The notes beneath the pieces are model-generated. The model saw nothing but the letters and a program-made list of their open reading frames with translations. It ran no database searches and was not told the origin of the DNA. 64,000 bases of DNA, from the NCBI GenBank assembly GCA_964639785.1, contig CAZXEE010000001.1, positions 179,832-243,831 on the forward strand, in the 5' to 3' direction. Shown one piece after another: positions 55,176 through 64,000 of this stretch (position 1 is its first letter; the number at the start of each line of letters is the position of its first letter). Source of the stretch: an uncultured Gammaproteobacteria bacterium (GTDB lineage Bacteria > Patescibacteriota > Patescibacteriia > Patescibacteriales > UBA12465). A program made the translations under genes and the position numbers.

Positions 55176-56732
55176 ATGAATTACTTTTTGCCAGCCTTAA
55201 TCGCCTTTGCTTTGTCTATGGTCCTGACTTTGATAGTCAGGAAATTAGCTTTGAAATGGAATATCGTGGATAATCCGGATAATTTTCGAAAAATCCATAC
55301 CACTCCGATTCCGCTTCTGGGCGGATTGGCAATATTTTCCAGTTTCTTTATTGTCGCTTTTAGTCTTTTGGGCCGTTTGACGGAAGGTAATCTGCAATAC
55401 CATCATTGGCTAGGGGTTTTATTGGGCGGATTGATCTTGATGATTGGCGGTTTCGGTGACGACAAGTTCAATTTCAAGCCTAGCTATCAGATTGTCTTTC
55501 CGGTGCTAGCCGTTTTTTCGGTCATATTGGGGGGCGTTGAAGTTGAGAAGATCACTAATCCGGGGGGCGGTTTCATTTATATTCCGGCTTTGATTTCAGC
55601 TTTGATGATTGGAATTTGGCTGATGGGTATGATGTATACCACCAAATTATTGGATGGAGTTGATGGCCTGGTTTCCGGGGTTTCAGCTATCGGCAGTCTG
55701 GTCATTTTCCTTTTTACCGTTACCACCCAGTATTATCAGCCGGATATCGCTTTGGCTTCTATTATTTTAGCCGGCAGCATCTTGGGATTCTGGGTCTTTA
55801 ATTTCAATCCGGCCAAGATCTTCTTGGGAGAAGGCGGCTCATTATTCTTAGGTTATATCCTGGGAGTTTTGGCCATCATTTCCGGCGGAAAGATCGCTAT
55901 CGCTCTTTTGATAATGGGCGTTCCGATCTTAGACGTGCTTTGGACGATTATCCGGCGGACAGTTACCGGCAAGAATCCTTTCCGGTTCGCTGATCGCAAA
56001 CATCTGCATCATCGTTTATTGGATTCCGGCTTGAATCAGAAACAGACTGTTTTAGTTTTTTATTTCCTGTCAGCAGCCTTCGGCTTGAGCGGTCTATTCT
56101 TGCAGAGCCGAGGCAAAATATTCACTTTGTTGATGTTATTTATCTGCATGGTCATTTTGGTGATTGGTTTCAGTTTCTTTGATCGGAAAAAGAAGAAGCC
56201 GCGGTTGCTGTTGCACACCTGTTGCGCCCCTTGCGTCGCTTATGTCGCTTCCCATGTTTTGGCCAAGGATTATGATATCACTCTGTTCTATTACAACCCC
56301 AACATCGACACTGAAGAAGAGTGGAATAGGCGCTTGGATGCGGTGAAATTCGTGGCGGACAAATTCCATTTTCCGTTGATAGTTGGATCGTATGGACATG
56401 AGGCTTGGAAAGAGCGGGTGGCTGGGTATGAGGTAGAGCCGGAGGGCGGCAAGCGTTGTGTTATCTGTTTCCGAGAACGCTTGGAAAAGACGGCAGAACT
56501 GGCCAAGTCGAAGCATTTCGATTATTTTACTACTTCTTTGACTACTAGCAGCTACAAGAATAGCCGAGAGATATTAGATTTGGGAGAGAGTATCGGCAAG
56601 GAGTTAGGGGTGGATTTTTTGGCTAAAGATTTCAAGGATGATGACGGTACAAAACAGTCGGCATTCTTGTCTAAGGAATTGGGAATCTATCGGCAGAAGT
56701 ATTGCGGTTGCGAATTTGCTCGGAAATTTTAA
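55176..56732 (+). CDS. Fusion: GT4 polyprenyl-phosphate HexNAc-1-P transferase (WecA/MraY-like) + epoxyqueuosine reductase QueH (DUF208)
   Basis: N-terminal ~335 aa polytopic with KLLDGVDGL, FLGEGGSLFLGY, PILDVLWTIIRR. C-terminal part has LLLHTCCAPC, YYNPNI, RCVICFRERL, RQKYCGCEF (QueH Cys pattern). Confidence 0.75.
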   Translation: MNYFLPALIAFALSMVLTLIVRKLALKWNIVDNPDNFRKIHTTPIPLLGGLAIFSSFFIVAFSLLGRLTEGNLQYHHWLGVLLGGLILMIGGFGDDKFNFKPSYQIVFPVLAVFSVILGGVEVEKITNPGGGFIYIPALISALMIGIWLMGMMYTTKLLDGVDGLVSGVSAIGSLVIFLFTVTTQYYQPDIALASIILAGSILGFWVFNFNPAKIFLGEGGSLFLGYILGVLAIISGGKIAIALLIMGVPILDVLWTIIRRTVTGKNPFRFADRKHLHHRLLDSGLNQKQTVLVFYFLSAAFGLSGLFLQSRGKIFTLLMLFICMVILVIGFSFFDRKKKKPRLLLHTCCAPCVAYVASHVLAKDYDITLFYYNPNIDTEEEWNRRLDAVKFVADKFHFPLIVGSYGHEAWKERVAGYEVEPEGGKRCVICFRERLEKTAELAKSKHFDYFTTSLTTSSYKNSREILDLGESIGKELGVDFLAKDFKDDDGTKQSAFLSKELGIYRQKYCGCEFARKF

Positions 56733-56754
56733 TAGATTGTCAGCTTAACAAAAA

Positions 56755-56786
56755 AGGACCATAGTTATTGATGGTCCTTTTAGTTT
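56755..56786. terminator. Bidirectional terminator
   Basis: AGGACCAT-N8-ATGGTCCT followed by TTTAGTTTTT. Confidence 0.6.
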
Positions 56787-57164
56787 TTAGGATTTAATTT
56801 CTTCTTCTTCAAAAAGTTTTTCGATTTTTTTAGGCGCATCTCCTTTGTAGATGGCTTGGTCACAGCCTAATGATTTCAAAAAAGCATTATACTCGTCTGA
56901 ACAGGAAATAGCGATAATCGGCCCGGTAAATTCCCGGCGCATCCTTATTACCAGTTCGGTTGTGCTTGGTTTGCCGTCTTCGCGGTGACTTCCCAAGCTT
57001 CCATCAACTAAGATGTGAGTGAGGTCTTTTTCAGTAGAGAATTTGGTTTCAGCTTCCTGGAGGGTAAAGGCCTGGATGATTTCTCCATATTCTGACAGGC
57101 AGTCTTTAAATAATGCCTGAATTATCATCCCGTCTTCAATTACCAGTATCCTTCTTTTTTTCAT
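56787..57164 (-). CDS. Stand-alone response-regulator receiver domain protein
   Basis: 125 aa. ILVIEDG, ILVDGSL (phospho-acceptor Asp), IIAISCS, IYKG. Confidence 0.7.
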   Translation of the reverse strand: MKKRRILVIEDGMIIQALFKDCLSEYGEIIQAFTLQEAETKFSTEKDLTHILVDGSLGSHREDGKPSTTELVIRMRREFTGPIIAISCSDEYNAFLKSLGCDQAIYKGDAPKKIEKLFEEEEIKS

Positions 57165-57316
57165 CGTTCGTCAGTTTTTGTTAATGGACTAGATTTTTGT
57201 TATAGCAGTATTATCATCTTTAGTGAAAACTGTCAATAATGGACTAGGGTTAGCTTTTGGCGCTCTATTATTTTTATGTTATAATAGAGGAGAAATAATT
57301 ATTAATTTCTAAAATT

Positions 57317-59563
57317 ATGAATAGTTTTAAAAAGATCAAAAATGTTCTTTTGCTGATTCTGATTCTTGCTATCGCTATCAGCGCCATCTTCTTGAAAATC
57401 CAACAGGACAAGAAGAAAAATGCCGAGAAGGATCAGTCTGGCGTTCCTACTGATCAGTCTCAAGATAATATTATCAAGACCGGCAATACCGGAGAGATCA
57501 AGAAATTTGCCAGCTATGACGAGGCTAAGGAATTCGTCGAGAGCCAATCGGCTAATTCTGGCAACTACTCGACCATGGTTAAGGGCTTAGGAATGCGGTC
57601 AGCGATGAATGAATCGACTGGTGCTGCCGTGCCAAGCATGGCCGTTTCTGATGCTGTAGCTCCAGCTGTTTCAGCTACTCCAGATTTTTCCAAGACTAAT
57701 GTCCAGGTGGCCGGAGTCGATGAGGCGGATATCGTGAAGACTGATGGCAACTATATTTATGCCGTTTCTTATAATACCTTGTTCATTATCAAGGCTTATC
57801 CGGGGGAAGCTTCAGAGATCGTCTCTAAGGTAGAATTCAAGTCTCGGCCGACAGATCTATATATCAGCGGTGATAATCTGGCAGTCTTTGGTTATGATAA
57901 TCAGATTTATACCATGGATCTTTATCGGAGTTTCAGACGCCAGAACCAATATACTTTTTTCAAGGTTTTCGATATTTCTGACAAGCAGAATCCGAAACAG
58001 GTCCGCGATTTGAATTTCGAGGGTAGTTATTTCAACTCCCGCTTGATCGGTGATTATGTCTATTTCGTTACTAATAATTATAATTACTCTGTCGGTTCCG
58101 ATCCGGTCGTACCGCGGGTTTTAGATTCTGGCGTAGCTTTATCCGAGAAATGTGGCGGCGATGATCTTAAGTGTTTTGCTCCGAATATCTATTATTTCGA
58201 TATTCCATATGATGCTTTTAATTTTACTACCATCTCAGCTATCAATATCAAGGATAATTCGACTCGGATTACCGGCGATGTCTACTTATTATCCGGAGCC
58301 CAGAATATGTTCGTTTCTCCGGAGAATCTCTATATTACCTATACTAAATACCTCAATGAATATGATTTGGAAATGCAGGTCAGCCGAGAGCTCTTATATC
58401 CTCGCTTGAGTGACAAGGAACGTGCCAAGATTACCAAGATTGAAGAAGTTTCCGATGATATCTTGAGTCCGAGTGAAAAGAAATCTAAGGTGCAGCAAGT
58501 TTTGGATAAGTATTTGTCTTCTTTGACGGCTGATGAGCAAGCTGCATATGATAAGGAGTTGGCTGAGAAGATGAAGCAGAAGTATAATGAACTGGCTAAG
58601 GAGATGGAAAAGACTATCATCCACAAGATCACTATCTCCGGCAGCAGCTTGCAGTACAAATCTAGCGGAGAAGTGGTCGGGTCAGTCTTGAATCAGTTTG
58701 CTATGGATGAATCCGATGGTTATTTCCGGATCGCTACTACCAAGAATACCACTTGGAGCCGCTTCGAAGAGCAGAACCGGCCGTCATATAATAATCTTTA
58801 TGTCTTGGATGCTGATATGAAGACGGTTGGCAGCTTGGAGAATCTAGCCGAGGGTGAGCGGATTTATTCCGTCCGCTTCATGGGCAATCGGGCTTATCTG
58901 GTGACTTATAAGCAGGTTGATCCATTGTTCGCTATCGACCTGGCTGATCCTCGGAATCCGAGAGTCTTAGGCCAATTGAAAGTCCCGGGATTCTCTACCT
59001 ATCTCCATCCTTATGATGAAAATACTTTAATCGGTTTCGGCAAGGATACAGGAGAGAATGAGTCCGGCAATACCATCACCAAGGGCTTGAAGATTTCCTT
59101 GTTCGATGTTTCTGACGTCTCAGCTCCGAAGGAATTGGATAAATATCTGATGGGCGATATGGGCAGCGATTCAGTCGCTCTTTATGACCACAAAGCTTTC
59201 TTGTTCTCACGAGAAAAGGACTTGCTGGCCCTGCCGGTTTCCTTGAGGAAATCGACCGGAGCTAACCAATGGGGAGAAATCAATTTTTCTGGAGCGATGA
59301 TTTTCAGTCTGAAAGACAAGAAAATTAATTATTCCGGCAAGATCGATCACTCTGACGGCAGCAAAGCAGCTAACACCGATTACTTCGATGGAGTCAACTA
59401 TTATGACAACTCAGTCAAGCGCAGCTTGTATATTGGCGATAATTTGTATACACTCTCTAATAATTACTTGAAGGTTAATGCTTTAAGCGATTTGAAAGAG
59501 TTGAAGAAGATCGAACTTAAGCCAGAATCAGGATCTAATACTGATATTAAGGTTATTAAATAA
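57317..59563 (+). CDS. Secreted beta-propeller domain protein (PF09826-like)
   Basis: 748 aa. N-terminal TM/signal, TNVQVAGVDEADIVKTDGNYIY, DPLFAIDLADPRNPRVLGQLKVPGFSTYLHP. Family recalled from memory. Confidence 0.65.
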   Translation: MNSFKKIKNVLLLILILAIAISAIFLKIQQDKKKNAEKDQSGVPTDQSQDNIIKTGNTGEIKKFASYDEAKEFVESQSANSGNYSTMVKGLGMRSAMNESTGAAVPSMAVSDAVAPAVSATPDFSKTNVQVAGVDEADIVKTDGNYIYAVSYNTLFIIKAYPGEASEIVSKVEFKSRPTDLYISGDNLAVFGYDNQIYTMDLYRSFRRQNQYTFFKVFDISDKQNPKQVRDLNFEGSYFNSRLIGDYVYFVTNNYNYSVGSDPVVPRVLDSGVALSEKCGGDDLKCFAPNIYYFDIPYDAFNFTTISAINIKDNSTRITGDVYLLSGAQNMFVSPENLYITYTKYLNEYDLEMQVSRELLYPRLSDKERAKITKIEEVSDDILSPSEKKSKVQQVLDKYLSSLTADEQAAYDKELAEKMKQKYNELAKEMEKTIIHKITISGSSLQYKSSGEVVGSVLNQFAMDESDGYFRIATTKNTTWSRFEEQNRPSYNNLYVLDADMKTVGSLENLAEGERIYSVRFMGNRAYLVTYKQVDPLFAIDLADPRNPRVLGQLKVPGFSTYLHPYDENTLIGFGKDTGENESGNTITKGLKISLFDVSDVSAPKELDKYLMGDMGSDSVALYDHKAFLFSREKDLLALPVSLRKSTGANQWGEINFSGAMIFSLKDKKINYSGKIDHSDGSKAANTDYFDGVNYYDNSVKRSLYIGDNLYTLSNNYLKVNALSDLKELKKIELKPESGSNTDIKVIK

Positions 59564-59568
59564 AAAAT

Positions 59569-60333
59569 ATGAAACCAGGACAGATTATTGTCATAGCCAA
59601 TCTATCAATCTGGCTTTTGTTGGAAACTTTCATTTTCTGGCCGAAGTTCTTTTATGTTACTTTGTTCTTATTGAATGTTGCTTTGGTCTTGGCGGTCTAT
59701 TTCTTGGTACGCCGGGAAGCAGGGTATCGCTGGTGGAATTTATGGATCTTACCGTTTTTGGTCTTAAATAGCATCGTGGCTTATATTATTTTGATTCCAC
59801 AGGATGTCTGGTTCAACAAATTCTTCATCCAGGCTCTTTTTGTCCTGGCTATCGGCTTTAATTTTTCGTATTTCAAGAATGCTTATGATTCCGTCTTTCA
59901 TCCGGAGCAGCCTAACAATATGCTGGCTCTGTCTTCCAATTTCAGTTTCTTGTCTTGGTTTTTCTTACTCTCCGCTGTCTATGGCTTGCAGTTGTTCTTG
60001 AACCTTTCATACTGGATATTGGTAGTCGTCTTGATCGTCTTGTCCTTGGTCACTACCCACCAGTATTTGTGGGTTAATAATCTGAGAGGGAAAGATAATT
60101 ACATCTTCGTCTTCCTGTCAGCTTTCATTGTGGCCCAGTTGGCCTGGAGCATCTATTTCTTGCCTTTTGATTATAATTCATTGGGCATGATGATGGCTCT
60201 TATCTACTATGTTTTTTTAAACCTTATCCGCCTCTATCTTAATCATAATTGGAATAGGAAAAACCTCAAATCATTATTGGTTTTTTCCGGGGTCATCATG
60301 CTCCTAATCCTCCTAACGCTTAAGTGGCGCTAA
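59569..60333 (+). CDS. Polytopic membrane protein, unknown function
   Basis: 254 aa with about 7 hydrophobic helices. Confidence 0.5.
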   Translation: MKPGQIIVIANLSIWLLLETFIFWPKFFYVTLFLLNVALVLAVYFLVRREAGYRWWNLWILPFLVLNSIVAYIILIPQDVWFNKFFIQALFVLAIGFNFSYFKNAYDSVFHPEQPNNMLALSSNFSFLSWFFLLSAVYGLQLFLNLSYWILVVVLIVLSLVTTHQYLWVNNLRGKDNYIFVFLSAFIVAQLAWSIYFLPFDYNSLGMMMALIYYVFLNLIRLYLNHNWNRKNLKSLLVFSGVIMLLILLTLKWR

Positions 60334-60350
60334 TTTAAAAATAAAATCAT

Positions 60351-61505
60351 ATGAAAAATAAATCTGACAACCTTAATTTGAAAGTTTTGGCCATCGCTTT
60401 GCTGTTTGGCATCGTCGGCGGTATCGGAGCTGACCTCTTGCTCCGTTTCTATTTTTTCAAGGATACCGCTTCAGTCATTTCAAATAGCGGAGAATTGAAT
60501 CTGTCCAGCGGCCTTTATGCCGGCTCCAATTTCGTTATCCAGGATCCTAAGAAGGTGGTCGTCAATCAAGACCTGAAGATCCAAGAAACCGTCAACGCTG
60601 CCAATGACAGCCTGGTCGGTTTTTTCAAGCGTCTGCCAGAATCGAAGACTAGTGAGGAATTCAACAAGGCGGATTATTATGATTTGAGCAAGCCGGAATT
60701 TGCCGGCATGTCTTTGACGGCCGATGGCTGGATTATGGTTGAGAGCCAGAAACTCAATGCCAAATTTCCCTTGAAGGATTATGTCGCTATCAGCAAGGAC
60801 AAGAAGATTTATTCTTTGGACCAGATATTGGAATACAAGAAGCAGAATGTCTGGATGGTCCATTTAGCTGGGGCTAATAATCTTTTGGTCAAGACCTTGT
60901 CAGCTTCGGAGAACCTGTCTGTCGGTCAGATGTTGTTGGCTGTCAATTGGAATAATGATGCCGCTTTGAATTCGATCGTTTCTTTGCCGGCCAAGCAACA
61001 GGCGGTCAAATCCAGCGATCGCTTAATTGAGACCATCCTCTTGGGAGAGGCGCTTGATGCCCGGTTCAAGGGGGCTTGGCTTTTCGGCCTGGGCGGTGAT
61101 TTAGTAGCTTTGGTCAATGATGAATTGCAGGTTATGCCGGTAGCTAATATGAATTCGGCTATCTATAGTTTCTTGAAGACCAAGCAATTCAGCACTCCGT
61201 TATTGGGAGTCAATTACATCAGCTTGTCTAACCTGGCACCGTCAGCTTCTAACAAGTTGGCGCAGAATGGAGCTGTAGTCTTTCCGGATGAGTCTAAGGT
61301 AGCCGTGGCCAAAGGAAGCCCGGCCGAGAAAGCCGGAATCAAGACTGGCGACATTATCATTTCGATTGATAATATCGAGATCAATGGTGACCATGACTTG
61401 GGTGTCACCATCCAATCCTATCATCCTGGCGATACCGTTACCGTCAAATACTTGCGCAAGGGGGCTGTTTCCAGCGCTGATGTCAAGTTAGGAGAATTAA
61501 AATAA
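60351..61505 (+). CDS. Membrane-anchored HtrA-like protein with PDZ domain, apparently lacking the catalytic Ser motif
   Basis: 384 aa. N-terminal TM helix; C-terminal PDZ (KGSPAEKAGIKTGDIIISIDN). GLGGDLV occupies the place of GNSGGPL. Confidence 0.6.
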   Translation: MKNKSDNLNLKVLAIALLFGIVGGIGADLLLRFYFFKDTASVISNSGELNLSSGLYAGSNFVIQDPKKVVVNQDLKIQETVNAANDSLVGFFKRLPESKTSEEFNKADYYDLSKPEFAGMSLTADGWIMVESQKLNAKFPLKDYVAISKDKKIYSLDQILEYKKQNVWMVHLAGANNLLVKTLSASENLSVGQMLLAVNWNNDAALNSIVSLPAKQQAVKSSDRLIETILLGEALDARFKGAWLFGLGGDLVALVNDELQVMPVANMNSAIYSFLKTKQFSTPLLGVNYISLSNLAPSASNKLAQNGAVVFPDESKVAVAKGSPAEKAGIKTGDIIISIDNIEINGDHDLGVTIQSYHPGDTVTVKYLRKGAVSSADVKLGELK

Positions 61506-61512
61506 TTTTTAT

Positions 61513-62736
61513 ATGACGATCAAGACAATCCGACAGATCAAAGAGTTAAAAGGCCAAGCAGTCTTCCTGCGGGTCGATTTCAATGTCCCTATCAAGAAAG
61601 GCAAAGTATTGGAGGATTTCAAGATCCGCCAATCATTAGCCGATATTAAGTATCTGACAGAGAAGGGTGCCAGGGTTATCGTCGCTACCCATCTGGGTAG
61701 CCCGAAGGGCAAGGTCGTTAAGGATTTGTCGACTAAACCGATTGCCGATTTATTGGGGAAGATCAGTAAGAAAAAAGTTAAGTTTTTGGATGTTTCTAAG
61801 ATGGGTAATTTTCCTGAGGCTCGAAAAAATATTTCTAAGATGAAGCCGGGCGAAATCGCTTTCTTGGAGAATCTGAGATTCAATAAAGGAGAGCAAGCTG
61901 ATGATCTGAAATGGGCGGAAAATCTGGCTAGCTTGGCTGATATCTATGTTAATAATGCTTTCGCTGTCTGTCATCGCGCTGATGCTTCCGTTTCCGCTAT
62001 CAACAAATTTTTGCCGGGATATGCCGGCTTGTTATTGGAAAAAGAGATCGTCAATCTGAACAAAGTTTTGCATCCCCAGAAGCCCTTGGTGGTATTGGTT
62101 GGCGGCGCCAAGATTGAGACTAAGACAACTTTGATTAAGAATCTGTTCAAGTCAGCTTCTCAAATCTTGATTGGCGGCGCTTTGGCTAATAGCTTCTTGG
62201 TGGCAGCCGGACATGATGTCGGCAAATCGATGACTGATGAAGAGAGTATCAAGACCGCTCGAGCCTTATTACGGAAGAACCGCTTGTTGTTTGCTCGCCG
62301 TTCCAAGATTATCCTGCCAATCGATATCGTGACCAGCACTGACTTGAAAAAGGATCATCAGATCGGATCCCATAATATCATCAAGATCAAGAAGCCGGAA
62401 GATATCACTCCGAGCGAATATATCTGCGATATCGGACCAGAGACCATCGGTTTATTTTCAAAATATATCAAGAAGGCCCAGACTATTATTTGGAACGGTC
62501 CGATGGGATTGTTCGAGATTCCTAATTTCCGCCAGGGAACTGTCATTATGGCCCGTTTGATCGCTTCCCGTGCCAGCGGCCATGCCTATGGCGTTATTGG
62601 CGGCGGTGAAACTATTGAAGCCCTGAATTTGAGCAAGATGGCCGAGTATATGGATTGGGTTTCGACCGGCGGCGGCGCGATGTTATCCTATTTAGGCGGA
62701 GAGAAGTTGCCGGGGCTGAAGGGAATCGTTAAATAG
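61513..62736 (+). CDS. pgk: Phosphoglycerate kinase
   Basis: 407 aa. RVDFNVP, ATHLGSPKG, LENLRFNKGE, GGGETI, STGGGAMLSYLGG. Confidence 0.93.
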   Translation: MTIKTIRQIKELKGQAVFLRVDFNVPIKKGKVLEDFKIRQSLADIKYLTEKGARVIVATHLGSPKGKVVKDLSTKPIADLLGKISKKKVKFLDVSKMGNFPEARKNISKMKPGEIAFLENLRFNKGEQADDLKWAENLASLADIYVNNAFAVCHRADASVSAINKFLPGYAGLLLEKEIVNLNKVLHPQKPLVVLVGGAKIETKTTLIKNLFKSASQILIGGALANSFLVAAGHDVGKSMTDEESIKTARALLRKNRLLFARRSKIILPIDIVTSTDLKKDHQIGSHNIIKIKKPEDITPSEYICDIGPETIGLFSKYIKKAQTIIWNGPMGLFEIPNFRQGTVIMARLIASRASGHAYGVIGGGETIEALNLSKMAEYMDWVSTGGGAMLSYLGGEKLPGLKGIVK

Positions 62737-62758
62737 AATTGAATTGTGAAAATAAAAA

Positions 62759-62788
62759 AGCTGTCTCGAGGGACAGCTTTTGTTTTTT
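62759..62788. terminator. Bidirectional terminator (pgk / receiver-like gene)
   Basis: AGCTGTC-N6-GACAGCT followed by TTTTGTTTTTT. Confidence 0.65.
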
Positions 62789-63194
62789 ACTGATAGAAAG
62801 TCATTAATGGTTTCAAAGTTGCTTTTAAAAAATCTTTAAAAGACATTGGCATTGGCAAGAGGCAATCAAAACCATCTTTTTTAGCATCTTCAAGCTTGTG
62901 TTGATCGTTGGTGGTGACTAGGATTATTTTAGCTTCTGAGCTGCTAGCACCTCTGACTAGACGGCAGAGATCGGAACTTAAAGCTCCCGGCACCCAGTCA
63001 GAAATGAAAGCGACATCAATCGCTATCCGGTTGTTTTTTAAGAAGCGGATGATGTTCTCAGCTTCTTTTTGGCTTTGAGCCTGATAGATATTACTAGTAT
63101 ATTCTCCCAGGATTTCCTTATAGAGAAAGAGTGATACTCCATCTCCGTCGATAATCAAGATTTTCTTGTCGACTATAAATGAATGATCTTCCAT
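62787..63194 (-). CDS. Receiver-like domain protein (atypical, conserved Lys apparently missing)
   Basis: 135 aa. ILIIDGDG, VAFISDW, IILVTTND, but LLPMP where K-P is expected. Confidence 0.55.
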   Translation of the reverse strand: MEDHSFIVDKKILIIDGDGVSLFLYKEILGEYTSNIYQAQSQKEAENIIRFLKNNRIAIDVAFISDWVPGALSSDLCRLVRGASSSEAKIILVTTNDQHKLEDAKKDGFDCLLPMPMSFKDFLKATLKPLMTFYQ

Positions 63195-63319
63195 GATACT
63201 TACTTTTTATGTTTAAGAACTACTGTTAGTATGAAACATTTGTTTTATTTTGTCAATGTTTGTGTAATTAATCGATTTCTAATATAATAGGAAAGTAATA
63301 AAATTAAATAGTTATAACC

Positions 63320-64000
63320 TATGACCAAAATCAAACAAGTCCTGGCCCGAGAAATCCTTGATTCCCGTGGCAATCCGACAGTCGAAGCGAAAGTCGTTCT
63401 AGATAACAAGATGATAGCTAAAGCTGCTGTTCCAAGTGGAGCCTCAACCGGTATGCATGAAGCCTTAGAATTGCGTGATGGCAATAAGAAGAGATATTCC
63501 GGCAAGGGAGTCTTGAAGGCAGTTGATAATATCAATAAGATCATCGCTCCGAAACTGAAAGGCTTGGATCCGACTAAGCAGCAAATGATCGATGACTTGA
63601 TGATCAAGCTTGATGGCACGAAGAACAAGAGCCGTTTGGGCGCTAATGCCATTTTGGCCGTTTCCATGGCTGTCGCTCGAGCCGGAGCCTTATCCAAGAA
63701 GCAGGAATTATTCGTCCATTTGGCTAAGACCTATAAGTTTTCCGGTAAATATAGCTTGCCGACTCCGTCTTTCAATATCTTCAATGGCGGCGCTCATGCT
63801 TCTACCAATCTTGATTTTCAGGAATTCATGATCATGCCCCTCAAGAAGACTTCTTTCGCTGAGAAGGTTCGGACGGGCGCAGAAGTTTTCCATGAACTGG
63901 GCCGGATTTTGAAAGTCAACAATATGGATACTGATTTGGGTAATGAAGGCGGCTATGCTCCGGATATTAAATCACGCGAGCAGGTAATCGAGATGATTAT
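63320..64000 (+). CDS. eno: Enolase, 5' partial (continues beyond the window)
   Basis: My own translation from ATG 63320: MTKIKQVLAREILDSRGNPTVEAKV...VPSGASTGMHEALELRDG...FNGGAHA...QEFMIMP. Absent from the ORF track because no stop lies in the window. Confidence 0.92.

Noticed and set aside
61509-61883. 124-aa minus-strand ORF overlapping the pgk 5' end
   Set aside because: It is antisense to the conserved pgk N-terminus (RVDFNVP...) and is a shadow ORF.
63245-63697. 150-aa minus-strand ORF in the track (plus 63610-63831 + and 63708-63893 -)
   Set aside because: They lie antisense to or out of frame with an unmistakable enolase reading frame that starts at ATG 63320 (plus strand) and runs off the window. 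The low-complexity translation is typical of a shadow ORF.
1-64000. CRISPR arrays, rRNA genes, intact transposases/IS elements, prophage structural genes
   Set aside because: I saw no spaced direct-repeat array. The only tandem repeat is 3 x 9 bp at 42679-42705. I recognised no rRNA-like sequence and no transposase or phage capsid/terminase motifs in any listed ORF.

Overview
The window is a gene-dense, AT-rich bacterial chromosome segment. Gene content suggests a Patescibacteria/CPR-like organism: many pilin-signal proteins, small hypothetical proteins, odd fusions and no obvious biosynthetic operons. This taxonomic call is an inference, because no rRNA is present. The genetic code is standard: TGA, TAA and TAG all end well-supported genes.

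Housekeeping genes I recognise by motif:
- Cell wall and sugars: mltG, murA, glmS, galU.
- tRNA modification and translation: miaB, miaA, mtaB-like, gatB, rplU, fmt, def.
- Replication and nucleoid: recR, ybaB, dnaB.
- Nucleotide metabolism: tmk, a mazG-like gene, a thyX-like gene, dCMP deaminase.
- Chaperone and glycolysis: clpB, pgk, and a 5' partial eno that runs off the right edge and is missing from the ORF track.
- Three tRNAs: Lys-UUU, Thr-UGU, Glu-CUC.

The outstanding accessory region is about 35.9-44.4 kb. It holds two tandem giant surface proteins with Bacteroidota-style T9SS C-terminal sorting domains, one interrupted by a single in-frame TAG. Next to them is a canonical diversity-generating retroelement (DGR) in the order target-VR, avd, TR, RT.
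- The variable protein is a type IV prepilin-signal / FISUMP lectin-like fusion.
- VR and TR align without gaps over 177 nt. By my hand count, 24 of 26 mismatches fall on TR adenines.
- The RT is cut off after about 103 aa and abuts a serine-recombinase-like C-terminal remnant that runs into tRNA-Glu.
- A G10 tract sits in the promoter spacer of the DGR target.

Other notable items:
- Two more pilin-FISUMP genes behind gatB.
- A GT4 (WecA/MraY-like)-QueH fusion.
- A membrane-anchored Clp ATPase with degenerate D1 motifs.
- A perfect CIRCE operator at clpB.
- A recurrent 5' leader motif.

All calls come from reading the translations and sequence by eye. No HMM, BLAST or folding was run.
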